A stretch of 64,000 nucleotides of DNA from a virus, in the IMG/VR virus record IMGVR_UViG_3300037465_000480; one strand, written 5' to 3'. The notes under the pieces are model-generated. The model did no database searches and was not told the DNA's origin. It worked only from the letters and a program-made list of their open reading frames with translations. The stretch's first letter is position 1, and each line of letters starts with the position of its first letter. Of this stretch, positions 1-9,935 are shown piece after piece. A program made the translations under genes and the position numbers.

Positions 1-180
1 ACGGATGCGAATGCAGGATATTCGTCAAATCGAAACACCTGTTACTGGACTCGTTTATCAAGGGGGTTCAGTGACTGGTTTTCATTGGCGTGCTAGGGAT
101 AAATAAAGCCCAATTGATACAAGAGCCTTTGTAAACAAGGGGGAGGATGGCTCCCTTGTCTTGTGTCCTTTTTTAGAAAT

Positions 181-245
181 AAAAAAACTCGCACATTCAT
201 ATATTATATTATATAATATAACAATGTGCGAGTTTCTAGTTTTAA
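181..245 (-). repeat. 65-bp nested palindromic element, copy 1 (inverted relative to copies 2 and 3)
   Basis: Arms AAACTCGCACATT (185-197) and AATGTGCGAGTTT (223-235) flank a 25-bp AT-rich spacer containing the palindrome TATATTATATAATATA; its reverse complement nearly equals 11341-11404. Confidence 0.9.
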
Positions 246-314
246 GACCATCAGTATAATAGCTATCGAAAAACAGGGGTTTGGGCAAGATGAACACCTA
301 ACCCCCCACCTCTC

Positions 315-337
315 ACCCCCCGCAAGGGGGTTTTGTT
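315..337 (+). terminator. Intrinsic terminator-like hairpin
   Basis: ACCCCCC-GCAA-GGGGGT followed by TTTGTT. Confidence 0.65.
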
Positions 338-359
338 ATCCAACAGCGGTGGGGGCATT

Positions 360-388
360 TTGATCTGGGGGGCATCTTGTGCTATACT
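360..388 (+). promoter_or_regulatory. Sigma70-type promoter with extended -10; predicted leaderless transcript starting at ATG 395
   Basis: TTGATC-17 bp-TATACT preceded by TGC; ATG lies 6 nt after the -10 and there is no Shine-Dalgarno. Confidence 0.65.
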
Positions 389-394
389 CATCTT

Positions 395-1108
395 ATGGGA
401 AACGTTACTGGCTGGATTAGCATAGATGACTGTCGATTGTGGGAGCGCAACCCTAACTTAGGGGATGTTCCCGCGATAAAGAGGAGCATTCAAGAATTCG
501 GTTTCCGAGGGGCTATTGCCCTGTGGCAAGATAACTTTGTCATGGGTGGCAATCATTCTGTGATGGCTCTGCGACAATTGCGAACCGAGGGATGGGAGCC
601 TTGGGGATCGGCGATTACCGCCACCTGGGAAGTTCCTTATATCGACATTTCCGATTTAGACCGAAAACAAGCCGAAAGCCTGGGGCTGGCTTTTAATCGT
701 ACTGCCCGCTTGGGGCATGACGACGATAAAATCCTGGCTGCTTTGCTGGCTGACTTGGAAAGCGACGATAACACCACCTTGCAAGATGTTATGCGCTATA
801 CCGTAGACGAAATTGACAGGATTACTTATGAGCCGGATGATCTCAAACCTGTTGGCGTGCCTAAAGATAGTGCAGGTACTGCGCGATCAACTTTTCGCAA
901 GATTAAACGGGCTTATGAAGGGCGCGATGTGCCTCGCCTGCTAAACTGGGGGGAACTCATGTTTCCTGTCCAAAAGGTTCTGTATGAAGCGGTACTGGCT
1001 TATTGCGAAAGCCAACCCGATATGAACAGGCGCGATGCTTTTCATCAATTGCTTAGACTCTCTCTCACTCATTTAGGCTTGCTAGAGGAGACAGAAGACC
1101 ATGCTTAA
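395..1108 (+). CDS. ParB/Srx-like nuclease-domain protein
   Basis: N-terminal WERNPN...AIKRSIQEFGF...MGGNH resembles the ParB N-terminal domain; start moved from TTG 377 to ATG 395. Confidence 0.75.
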   Translation: MGNVTGWISIDDCRLWERNPNLGDVPAIKRSIQEFGFRGAIALWQDNFVMGGNHSVMALRQLRTEGWEPWGSAITATWEVPYIDISDLDRKQAESLGLAFNRTARLGHDDDKILAALLADLESDDNTTLQDVMRYTVDEIDRITYEPDDLKPVGVPKDSAGTARSTFRKIKRAYEGRDVPRLLNWGELMFPVQKVLYEAVLAYCESQPDMNRRDAFHQLLRLSLTHLGLLEETEDHA

Positions 1109-2585
1109 AGTCGCCATTTTAGATGCCAATACTACCGGCGATGATACCACAGAAATGACTATTCACCTAACAAACAGTATGGTTGCCAATTGGTTGGCTT
1201 GGGAATTCGACAGCCGCAACGTCCCTATTTCTACGGATTATGCCACTAGCGACATCCTGTTTTTGGTCTACGCTGGGGCTGTCGATTGGCTGCCTGCCGT
1301 AAAACGCTTTTTGAAAAAACATGCTATCCCTAGTAGCCCTTCAGCCCGTAACCGGAAACCTTACATTATTACGGGGGGAGCTATAGACGTTGCTCCTTTT
1401 GTCGCCTTGAGCGTTGTTGACGCCTTAGCTGTAGGAGAGGCTTACCACTTTATCCGTTCCCTGATAGACCTATTAGAAAACGACAGTAGCCTAGAGGATA
1501 TTCGGGGATGGATTGTGGATTATCCCCATGCTATTGAACAAAGCCAGCTTTCCCCTTTAGCAGAAGACCCTGATTATCCTTATCTGTTGGCGTCGCCGCC
1601 CCCCAAGTTGGCATCCCCCGATGATTGGGTAGACTGGGAAGGGCAACCTTTAATCCGCAACGATGACAAGGTGGTGCGAATTGTGGCTGCCAAAGGGTGC
1701 CATTTGCGCTGTAAATTTTGCGCGACCACTTACCGCCAAACCTACCGCATTCATCCTCGGCAAGGCATGTTAGCCAAACAAGTGGAAGCCCTTAATGAGG
1801 CGGGAGAGCGCGTGAGCCTCATTACCAATGATGTTGGGGTGCTGCCCGCGCTCCATTTATTAGCTAACAAAGCGCAGCTGGATAGTCAGAGCTTGACCAT
1901 TAAATCAGTCAGAGACCCTGAAAACTTAGAGGCGATTATTGAAGCGAATACCAAGATTATTCGTTTTGGGGTAGAGGGCGTTTCCGAACGTGTCCGACAG
2001 GCTTTTGGCAAACCTATAGACGATGCCGAGCTAATTGACATCTTGGCTTATATCCATTCGCGACGCCGCAATAGCCAATTGTTTTTTATTGTCGGTAGCC
2101 CTTACGAAACCCGTGAGGATTGGGTAGCGCATGAGCGGTTTGTGCGTGCTCTTTTCAAACGGGTTGAATGGGGCGTCCTCAAGTTTAAGTACACGGCTTT
2201 TCAGCCTAACCCGCCGACCCCCTTAGCGAGGTTTTTGCCCGCCCGACAATACTACCGCAATATGGGGAAATTCAAAGATGACTATCTCAATGATTTTGTC
2301 AGCAGACATGGCCTCCTTATTTGGGCACGTAAACCCGATAACCTCATAGATACCTTGGCTGACGTGTACCACGTCCCGCGTGCTTATTTTCGCGAACTCT
2401 ATCACGATGAGGAAACCATAGACTTATTGCCTACTGTCGATATGGCACGGCGGGCGAAGTGGGAAGTAATCGACTGGCACTTAAGCCCTGATAAGCGATG
2501 GAACCTGGGGAATTCCTACGCCCGCACAATGGGGGCAATGGAACGCGCTCAACCTCAGTATGGGCTTGAAAAGTTAGAGGCTTGA
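1101..2585 (+). CDS. Radical SAM enzyme with B12-binding-like N-terminal region (TIGR03960-like)
   Basis: CxxxCxxC (GCHLRCKFC); AIP...RNRKPYIITGG...DALAVGE; GVEGVSERVR; FFIVGSPYETRED; FQPNPPTPL. Confidence 0.85.
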   Translation: MLKVAILDANTTGDDTTEMTIHLTNSMVANWLAWEFDSRNVPISTDYATSDILFLVYAGAVDWLPAVKRFLKKHAIPSSPSARNRKPYIITGGAIDVAPFVALSVVDALAVGEAYHFIRSLIDLLENDSSLEDIRGWIVDYPHAIEQSQLSPLAEDPDYPYLLASPPPKLASPDDWVDWEGQPLIRNDDKVVRIVAAKGCHLRCKFCATTYRQTYRIHPRQGMLAKQVEALNEAGERVSLITNDVGVLPALHLLANKAQLDSQSLTIKSVRDPENLEAIIEANTKIIRFGVEGVSERVRQAFGKPIDDAELIDILAYIHSRRRNSQLFFIVGSPYETREDWVAHERFVRALFKRVEWGVLKFKYTAFQPNPPTPLARFLPARQYYRNMGKFKDDYLNDFVSRHGLLIWARKPDNLIDTLADVYHVPRAYFRELYHDEETIDLLPTVDMARRAKWEVIDWHLSPDKRWNLGNSYARTMGAMERAQPQYGLEKLEA

Positions 2586-2587
2586 TC

Positions 2588-3130
2588 ATGGCAGCACCCC
2601 GAACGCAGGCACTTAAAGAATATCACCGAACCCAAATCGCCCAATTTTACCTGAAACAATATACTCAGGCAGAAATGGCGGATATGTTGGGTATCAGTAT
2701 TCAGACCGTTAATGCTGACCTCAAAGCAGTTCGGCATATGTGGGCTGAAAGTGCCATCTTCGATATGAACGAGGCAAAACAACGGGAGCTGGCACGAATA
2801 GACCAATTAGAACGCGAATACTGGCGGGCTTGGGAAGAAAGCCAAAAAGAACAAACCACTGCAAAAACCAGGGGGCGGATTGAGACGGAAGAAAGCGATG
2901 GGGACACCTACACTATCCCTGAGGCTTACGAAACCCAGCGGCAGCCCAGGTTGGGCGACCCCCGCTATCTGCAAGGCGTCCAATGGTGTATTCAGCAACG
3001 CTGTAAAATCTTGGGTATTGAGGCTCCGACTCGACAGGACATTACGTCAGGCAATCATCCCCTGTTTGATTTAGCCTCGTTATCAGAAAGTCAACTAGAG
3101 GCTTTAGCCAGAGGGTTGCAAGACGGATGA
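2588..3130 (+). CDS. terS: Terminase small subunit (HTH)
   Basis: HTH-like YTQAEMADMLGISIQTVNADL; overlaps the start of terL. Confidence 0.75.
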   Translation: MAAPRTQALKEYHRTQIAQFYLKQYTQAEMADMLGISIQTVNADLKAVRHMWAESAIFDMNEAKQRELARIDQLEREYWRAWEESQKEQTTAKTRGRIETEESDGDTYTIPEAYETQRQPRLGDPRYLQGVQWCIQQRCKILGIEAPTRQDITSGNHPLFDLASLSESQLEALARGLQDG

Positions 3131-4542
3131 TTGCGCCAGGCAGCCGCAGCCTGCTAAAAAAAAGGGTCTCCCAAGAGTTAGCCTGGCGGCAGTATCAAAA
3201 AGACGTTTTCCTTTTTGTCGACGACTGTTGCCAAATTTACGATAACCTCGCCCAAACCTGGATACCCTTTGTCCTCTGGGATTTTCAAAAAGAGGCTTTA
3301 GCCACCATCCAAGATAACCGCCTGGTGGTTTGTCTCAAGGCTCGCCAGGTAGGGTTAAGTTGGTTGGTTGTCGCCTATCTCCTACACGAATGCTTGTTTT
3401 CCCCTATTCAAGATATTCTCATTTTTTCCAGGCGCGAAACCGAAAGCATCCACTTGCTACAGGAACGGCTTATTGCTATGTATCATCATTTGCCTTATTG
3501 GGTCAGGCAGCGCGTGAGCATCGCCCAGCAAAATCAAACCTATCTCAAATTGAACAATGGCTCGGTAGTCAGGGCTTTCCCAACGGGGGTAGGCGATACC
3601 TATACAGCCACCATTGCTTTTGTGGATGAGGCTGACCTTGCTCCCGATATTGACGTTACCATTGCCAGCGTCAAGCCAACAATTGATGCTGGGGGGCAAC
3701 TGATTTTGCTAGGGAGGGTTAACAAAAGAAAGCCTGGGAGTCCCTTCAAGCAGATTTTCCAGTCTGCCAGCTTGGGCGAAAATGGTTATGCCCCGCTCTT
3801 TATCCCTTGGCATAGCCACCCCCTAAGGACGGCAGCCTGGTATGACAAGATCAAGCAGGAAGCTATCAATTTAGATGACGTGTACGAACACTACCCCAGC
3901 ACGCCAGAAGAAGCCTTATTGCCAGCCAGTACTGGAAGGGTTTATCCTGAGTTTTCTATATCAGGAAATGTTTCCCCTGAGGTAGCTTACGCCCCTGCTT
4001 ATGAAGTGGAATGGTGGTGTGACGATGGCTATACCAATCCGTTGGTCATCTTGTTTGCCCAACGGCGACATTGGCAGGGGCAGCCCGACTGCTTGGTTAT
4101 CTTTGACGAAATTTATATTACCCGCACTGACCATGACGAGGCTATTCGGTTAGCCTTGCAAAAGCCCTATGCCCCCCCTAGTGTCATCTGGTGTGACCCA
4201 TCAGCCACGCGGCTAATCTCCCGATTTACCCATGTTCGTAATTATGGTATGCTGGATTATGGTATCAAGCCATTTTCAGCCAGAGTTAACGCAGCCGTTA
4301 ATAAAGTGGCTGACGGCATCAAAGCAGTGAGATCAAGTATTGGCAGTGAACGGACGCCACGACGCCTAATCATTTCTACCCGCTGCCAAAATGTTATTAG
4401 GGAAATGAGCCAATACATGTTGTCCGAACATGGCACCCTTGGGGGAGACCCGCAGCCTATCAAAGAAAACGACCATACCTGTGATGCTATTCGTTATGGT
4501 CATACCCCTAACTTGTATAAGGACGGGTGGTTAAGTGAGTAA
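3127..4542 (+). CDS. terL: Terminase large subunit
   Basis: Walker A region KARQVGLSW, Walker B AFVDEAD, nuclease motifs CDDGYTNP and NDHTCDAIRY. Confidence 0.92.
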   Translation: MIAPGSRSLLKKRVSQELAWRQYQKDVFLFVDDCCQIYDNLAQTWIPFVLWDFQKEALATIQDNRLVVCLKARQVGLSWLVVAYLLHECLFSPIQDILIFSRRETESIHLLQERLIAMYHHLPYWVRQRVSIAQQNQTYLKLNNGSVVRAFPTGVGDTYTATIAFVDEADLAPDIDVTIASVKPTIDAGGQLILLGRVNKRKPGSPFKQIFQSASLGENGYAPLFIPWHSHPLRTAAWYDKIKQEAINLDDVYEHYPSTPEEALLPASTGRVYPEFSISGNVSPEVAYAPAYEVEWWCDDGYTNPLVILFAQRRHWQGQPDCLVIFDEIYITRTDHDEAIRLALQKPYAPPSVIWCDPSATRLISRFTHVRNYGMLDYGIKPFSARVNAAVNKVADGIKAVRSSIGSERTPRRLIISTRCQNVIREMSQYMLSEHGTLGGDPQPIKENDHTCDAIRYGHTPNLYKDGWLSE

Positions 4543-6535
4543 CGGCAACAGAACCATTCCGCCCACCCCTATTCCCGAAATTGCGGCTATTGAAACGATA
4601 CAACAGCCAGGGGTGATTGATTCTCCTTTAGCCATGGGGGCGGGCAGCCCTATAGATGGGTGGTTACTGGCTTATGACCCGAACCGCTTGTCTTTGCCCC
4701 CTTGGTGGTCTAAAGGAAGAGACCGCGTACTGCGTCAATATGTGAGAAGTTCCCTTATCCTTAGCAGTGTTGTGTATCAACGGGCGGCAGTCAATAAAAA
4801 TACGGGCTGGCGCATTGAAGTGAAAAATGACCAAGCGGAACCGAGTCTTGACCACTATACAGCCCTCATTCAAAATGCGCAATTTGGTGAGGGGTTTCGT
4901 GCTTTTATTGAACTGGTTACTCAGGATTTACTTTGCCAAGATAACGGCGCATTTATAGAACTGATTGGCGAGGGCGAAGAGCAAGCCTATAGTTATGGGG
5001 GGCAAACGTTCCGCGCCTTAGGGTGGCTCCCTAAGGAACGCATTATTGGTTTTGCCCATATCGACTCCGCCCAGGTTTGGCGAACCAATAATCGAGAATT
5101 CCCTTTTGTGTATACCAACCCCTGGAATGGCAAATTTACCATTCTGCATTGGTCGCGCATGATAGGGCTGTCCCAACTGACCCAACCTATCCAGCGAGGG
5201 CGGGGTATTGGACTGTGTGCTGCCAGCAGGGCTTTTGCTGCTTTGGAAATCATGGAGACCAGTAATCAATATGTGACCGAAAAAATGACAGGGCAATCCC
5301 CCGAAATTGCGATTGCTAAAGGGGTGGCAATTGAAGCTATCCGTGCTGCCTTAAAAGACAATGCTATAGAACGGGACGCTCGCGGGATGGTTCGCTATAA
5401 AGGCATTGCCTTTGTCGAAGGCGACCATTTGCCCAGCGGCGACCCCAGCATTCAGATTGTCGGCATAAAAAACACACCTGACGGGTGGGAACGTGAAAAG
5501 GAAATGACACTGTCCATCTATATGATCGCGATGGCATTTGCGACTGACGTAAGGGACTTGGGGTGGGCTGCACAGTATGCAGGAGACACAAAAGCTGACG
5601 CCGAAGTGCAAGATCAAAAAACGGCTAATCGCGGGCGGGCTGACATCATGCGTGATCTGGCTGATGTTATCACGCGCCGTATTCTCCCCCCAGGGCTGGC
5701 TTTTGAATTCGATGAACAGGATGATTTAGCCGACCGCCACAAAGCAGAAATTGAACATATCAGGGCGCAAACCCGCAGCCTGCGCATTACCAGCGGGGAA
5801 ATTACCCCTCATGAGGCGCGAGAAATTGCAGCCAAAACGGGCGACCTCGATCAGCGTTATTTGGCTAGCCATGTGGTGAGCGATGAAAGCAGTAATCCCC
5901 TTGTGGAATTACCAGAGGAGAAAGCCACTTCTTTTAGCAGCCTACACCATCAATTCATGGTCAAGTTCAGAGCAGCTTTAAATCGGTATCGCAAGACGGG
6001 GAATTTTGCTACCTTGCTAAACGAATGTCGCCCCCTCATCAATAACTATGGCACACGGGCTTTTTTGCAAGGCGTTAATGATGGGGGAGCCAGAGGAGCC
6101 AAGCTGTCTGACTTGACAGCCGAAGAGCTTGGCAAAATGCAGAGCCTTATTCAGCAACAAATAGACTACTTAAATAATCTAAGAGGGCTAGAAATTGATA
6201 GTCGCGCTGTTGCCAGCGAACGCGCCGAATTGTGGGCCAACAAGGGGTTAGACCATATCTACTTTTCTGGTATGTTGGCAGGTAATCAAAACGCCAATTT
6301 AGAATGGTTCTTAGGAGCCACAGAAAAGCACTGTCGAGATTGTCTCAAATACGCTGGGCGCGTGTACCGTGCTAAGACGTGGGAAAAGCATAAGATTGTG
6401 CCACGATCAGGCTTGCTAGAATGTAAGGGGTATCGTTGCGACTGTCGCTTTGAACGCAGTGATAAGCCCCTTAATCGGGGTAGACCACCTTCCCCCAGTG
6501 GCGCGAAAAAAGGACAGCACCACCATGAGCATTAG
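4535..6535 (+). CDS. Portal protein fused to a C-terminal MuF/SPP1 gp7-like head morphogenesis domain
   Basis: Follows terL; portal-like DLLCQDNGAFIEL; C-terminal EKHCRDC...CKGYRCDCRF Cys motif typical of MuF-like domains; 666 aa. Confidence 0.78.
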   Translation: MSNGNRTIPPTPIPEIAAIETIQQPGVIDSPLAMGAGSPIDGWLLAYDPNRLSLPPWWSKGRDRVLRQYVRSSLILSSVVYQRAAVNKNTGWRIEVKNDQAEPSLDHYTALIQNAQFGEGFRAFIELVTQDLLCQDNGAFIELIGEGEEQAYSYGGQTFRALGWLPKERIIGFAHIDSAQVWRTNNREFPFVYTNPWNGKFTILHWSRMIGLSQLTQPIQRGRGIGLCAASRAFAALEIMETSNQYVTEKMTGQSPEIAIAKGVAIEAIRAALKDNAIERDARGMVRYKGIAFVEGDHLPSGDPSIQIVGIKNTPDGWEREKEMTLSIYMIAMAFATDVRDLGWAAQYAGDTKADAEVQDQKTANRGRADIMRDLADVITRRILPPGLAFEFDEQDDLADRHKAEIEHIRAQTRSLRITSGEITPHEAREIAAKTGDLDQRYLASHVVSDESSNPLVELPEEKATSFSSLHHQFMVKFRAALNRYRKTGNFATLLNECRPLINNYGTRAFLQGVNDGGARGAKLSDLTAEELGKMQSLIQQQIDYLNNLRGLEIDSRAVASERAELWANKGLDHIYFSGMLAGNQNANLEWFLGATEKHCRDCLKYAGRVYRAKTWEKHKIVPRSGLLECKGYRCDCRFERSDKPLNRGRPPSPSGAKKGQHHHEH

Positions 6536-7022
6536 AGTCGTTGTAAAAAAAATAGGTAGACCACGCAAAAAACCTGCTAATGCTCCTGCCCTCATACAAG
6601 CAGCCTTAGATAAAGAGGCAGAGGCTGTCAAAAAGGACTTGGCTAGCCCCACCAAAACATGGGCACGAAAACCTTTATTTGTGGTTCGGAGAAAAAGGAA
6701 ATATACATTTGAAGTAACCACTGGTGATTTTATTTATGGTCTCCTTGACCAAGGAACGGTACCGCATATCATCGCAGCCAAAAACGCGCCCACCCTCGCT
6801 TTCAATACGCGCCCTAAATTTTCACCTAAAACCACCCCCCACAGCTTGCGGGCTAAAAAAGGAAAGAAACCAGTATCCTCCCCCGTTTTTCCTCTGGCAG
6901 TATACCACCCTGGTACTGAAGCTAGAGAATGGGTTGTCTTGGCAAATGAGAGAAGTCGTATTAGACTAAAGAAAGCAATGGATAAAATAGCGTCAAAATT
7001 AGCCAAGGGAAAAGCCTCATGA
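6525..7022 (+). CDS. Basic virion protein, possibly HK97 gp10-like neck/tail-completion protein
   Basis: Lys/Arg-rich; YGLLDQGT...HIIAAK...LAF and VYHPGTEAR motifs; ATG at 6525 after AAAGGA. Confidence 0.45.
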   Translation: MSIRVVVKKIGRPRKKPANAPALIQAALDKEAEAVKKDLASPTKTWARKPLFVVRRKRKYTFEVTTGDFIYGLLDQGTVPHIIAAKNAPTLAFNTRPKFSPKTTPHSLRAKKGKKPVSSPVFPLAVYHPGTEAREWVVLANERSRIRLKKAMDKIASKLAKGKAS

Positions 7023-8239
7023 GCCAGACCAAAGACAGACAAGCTATTTACGAAATGATTTTGATAGATACTGGCGACCCTGATTTAGCCAAGGCGGTGG
7101 CGGATGTTTATCAAAAGGCAACCATGCCCAGCAGCTTACTAGAGCGGTTCCGTGCCTTCCTCATGGGCGAAACATCCCCATTGCCCCAACAAGGGTTTCG
7201 GTTATTGGACGATGAAAACAAAACGTTTGTGGCTTGGTACAGCAACACCTACCAGGATATGGAGAGGGAATTTTTAGCGCGAGCAGGCTTTGAAAACGAC
7301 ATCGCTTTCATGGATGCCACAGGCGAATACCCTGACTTGATTTTCTTTCATCTTGACTCAGCTATTTTGGGGAAGGCTTATGGCGTTTTCCTGATTGGTA
7401 ATTTTGTAGTGGCTGTAGGAGAAATTGACACCCCATTAGGGTTAGCTTTATATGATAAAATCAAAGGTGAACAATGGGAAATGTCGCACGGGTTTTTCTA
7501 TGACCCCGAAACGTTTGATGGGGAAACCTATCATGATTTTCACACCTTTGAGATTAGCATTTTACCGCCAGGCACAGCCGCTAACCCGTTAACGGCTTTT
7601 GACTTGCCATATCGGGCAATAGAGGAAGATACAGACATGAGTAAATCACGCGTAAATCCTAAAGCGGTTGCCCGATTGCGGCAGCTTTTGGAAGGCACCG
7701 CCATTACCGTAGAAGAAGTGCTAGCCACAGGGTTAGCAGCCACAGAAGAGGCAGACCTGCGAGGCTTAGCTAGTCGACAGCGAACCGCAGCCCTACCGAC
7801 CCGCCGTAAGCCTGAGATGCCGATGGCGGCTGACGGCGAGGAAATGCTTTCTGTGGAAATTTTGCTAGAACGGATCGTCGCTTTGGAAGAGGCTGTTCAA
7901 AGCATCTTGGCTGCTCTACCTACAGAACCCATAGCAGAAGAGGAAGAGGCTTTGCCTGCCGAAGACGAAAACCCAGCTTCTGTTTCTGAGGAGACCTTGC
8001 GTGCCTTAGGGGAAACGATTACCGCGCAGCTGGGCAAAAGCCTGATTGACTACCTCGATAATCGTCTCGCACAAGTCGGCATTTTGCCTAATCAACAAAG
8101 AGGCGGATTGCATCGCGGGGCTGATTTGAGAGAGGCGTTTGACGATTACCAGGGGCAAGGGGCGAGCGAAGAGCAGGTGCTTTCTCCTTTAGAGCAAACC
8201 AGCCGTGCTATTGCGCAACGGCTACGGCATGACAGTTAA
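7019..8239 (+). CDS. Prohead protease (HK97-type) fused to an acidic scaffold
   Basis: FFHLD...MSHGF...FEISILPPGTAANPLT protease motifs; acidic helical C-terminal half; lies before the capsid gene. Confidence 0.78.
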   Translation: MSQTKDRQAIYEMILIDTGDPDLAKAVADVYQKATMPSSLLERFRAFLMGETSPLPQQGFRLLDDENKTFVAWYSNTYQDMEREFLARAGFENDIAFMDATGEYPDLIFFHLDSAILGKAYGVFLIGNFVVAVGEIDTPLGLALYDKIKGEQWEMSHGFFYDPETFDGETYHDFHTFEISILPPGTAANPLTAFDLPYRAIEEDTDMSKSRVNPKAVARLRQLLEGTAITVEEVLATGLAATEEADLRGLASRQRTAALPTRRKPEMPMAADGEEMLSVEILLERIVALEEAVQSILAALPTEPIAEEEEALPAEDENPASVSEETLRALGETITAQLGKSLIDYLDNRLAQVGILPNQQRGGLHRGADLREAFDDYQGQGASEEQVLSPLEQTSRAIAQRLRHDS

Positions 8240-8271
8240 GTTAGCCAGAAAGCGTTAGGAGGCGTCAGACT

Positions 8272-9876
8272 ATGCTAACTCATTTAGGACTAGACTATAT
8301 CAATCTCATCCGGCAAAAGGAACTTGATTTAGACGCCGCGTTAAGCCACGCCGCCCAGCAAGGCTATGGTAATAATCAAGTGCTTTTGCGCCAGCACCGT
8401 CGGGGGGGATTAGCCATCGGCTATCGCAATGATCCCCCGCTTAACCCCCAATTGCCCTATATTCATGGGGCAGGTGGGTTGCTCTCTAACCCTGGACAAA
8501 ACCCCGCCATTTTTTCAGGGGTCGTACAGGCTGTCCCTGGGATGGCAACTTTCCTGCCCATCCTGCCCGATGTGGTCTTTTCCGATGACTACGGGGGCAA
8601 CGACCAACTTTTTATCACCGCTGTTACAGGAGTGACAGCAGGCGATGATAGCTGGACCAATCAACCCGATGCCGTTTGTGCTGACGCGCCTATTGCAGGG
8701 GTCATGAAAATGTGTACCCTCACCGCTCCTTATGGGCGGTTTAGCAAAGCCACCCGCGAAATTGACCGTAAACGGATTGGCAGACTCACCAACCGAGGCG
8801 AAGCTACCGATTATGCCTTGCAAAATGCGCCTATGGCGGATGACCCCTTTACCCCCTCTCTTGTGCCACGTGGCACAGGCGATTGGCTCAACCGCGAACT
8901 ACAGGTGCGTTTCTTTGAGGCAGCGATGGGGTTTCAGCGGATGATTATCCCTCTGGCTTACTCAGGCAACCCCAGCAATAACAAAGCAGGGGGTGGCAGC
9001 CGCCAGTTTTCAGGTTTTGACTTGCTGTACAACACAGGCAAAGTAGACGGGTTTACCTCGGTTCCCTGCCCTGGGATGGACAGCCTGGTAGTAAGTATGG
9101 GGTCAGTGAATGTGAATGAGGCTGATGCCAACGGGTTGTTTTTCTATGACCACTTAGAAGGGGTCATGCGCTACCTGCGTAGCTTAGCCAGAAAAACGGG
9201 GCTAGACCCTGTTGAGTGGGTCATTTCGATGAGGGAAGATTTGTTTTACACCCTCACTGACTTGCTGCCTGTTCAGCAATATATCAAACTCATTTCGACT
9301 GTCAACACCATCAATAATGGCGATTATGGCGGTCAATTGAATTTAGCAGGGGCAGATGTTCAGGCCCTCCGCTACGAAATGCGCAATAACTACAGGCTGC
9401 CTATTGACGGATTACCTGTGCAAGTGATTGTGGACGATGGCATCGCCGAGACTGCGGGGTCTCCTGCCAGCGAATATGTGAGCGATGTCTACATTCATGC
9501 CGTCAGTGTCTTAGGTGGTGTGCCAACCTTGTATTGGCAATTCTTCAACTTTGCCAATGGGCAGGGCGAAGAATTCGATAGCTTGGTCGGAAACGATAAA
9601 TCGTTTACTACTGACGGCGGGCGGTTCTATTGGTCAAGCAACTTCAAAAACGGCTGCCTGCAAATGCAGTGGACGACCGAACCGCGTTTAGTCCAGCATG
9701 TGCCTTTCCTCTGTGCACGGCTCGATAATGTGGCGTATAAACCGACTATCCATACCCGTAGTCCGTTCCCCGCTGACGGCAACTTCTACAATGGTGGACG
9801 AACGAACGGTTCTATGGGGCGGTTCTATCCTGATTGGTCGCCTTCGACAGGCGTTAACTTGCCAGTTATCAAATAA
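8272..9876 (+). CDS. Major capsid protein
   Basis: 534 aa directly after the protease/scaffold; strong RBS (AGGAGG); followed by a terminator. Confidence 0.75.
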   Translation: MLTHLGLDYINLIRQKELDLDAALSHAAQQGYGNNQVLLRQHRRGGLAIGYRNDPPLNPQLPYIHGAGGLLSNPGQNPAIFSGVVQAVPGMATFLPILPDVVFSDDYGGNDQLFITAVTGVTAGDDSWTNQPDAVCADAPIAGVMKMCTLTAPYGRFSKATREIDRKRIGRLTNRGEATDYALQNAPMADDPFTPSLVPRGTGDWLNRELQVRFFEAAMGFQRMIIPLAYSGNPSNNKAGGGSRQFSGFDLLYNTGKVDGFTSVPCPGMDSLVVSMGSVNVNEADANGLFFYDHLEGVMRYLRSLARKTGLDPVEWVISMREDLFYTLTDLLPVQQYIKLISTVNTINNGDYGGQLNLAGADVQALRYEMRNNYRLPIDGLPVQVIVDDGIAETAGSPASEYVSDVYIHAVSVLGGVPTLYWQFFNFANGQGEEFDSLVGNDKSFTTDGGRFYWSSNFKNGCLQMQWTTEPRLVQHVPFLCARLDNVAYKPTIHTRSPFPADGNFYNGGRTNGSMGRFYPDWSPSTGVNLPVIK

Positions 9877-9891
9877 GCTGGTTAGTGGTTA

Positions 9892-9919
9892 TCTGGCGGC
9901 AAAAGAGCCGCCAGATTTT
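9892..9919 (+). terminator. Intrinsic terminator after the capsid gene
   Basis: TCTGGCGGC-AAAAGA-GCCGCCAGA then TTTT. Confidence 0.7.
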
Positions 9920-9935
9920 CTGAAAGGCAACTCAC

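Noticed and set aside
181-245. Palindrome as a protelomerase (N15 telRL-type) site
   Set aside because: There are three copies rather than one, the palindrome is imperfect across its centre, and no protelomerase-sized gene was recognised.
1101-2585. QueE of a 7-deazaguanine pathway
   Set aside because: The protein is about twice QueE size with a B12-binding-like N-terminus, and no queC, queD, folE or dpdA genes are present.
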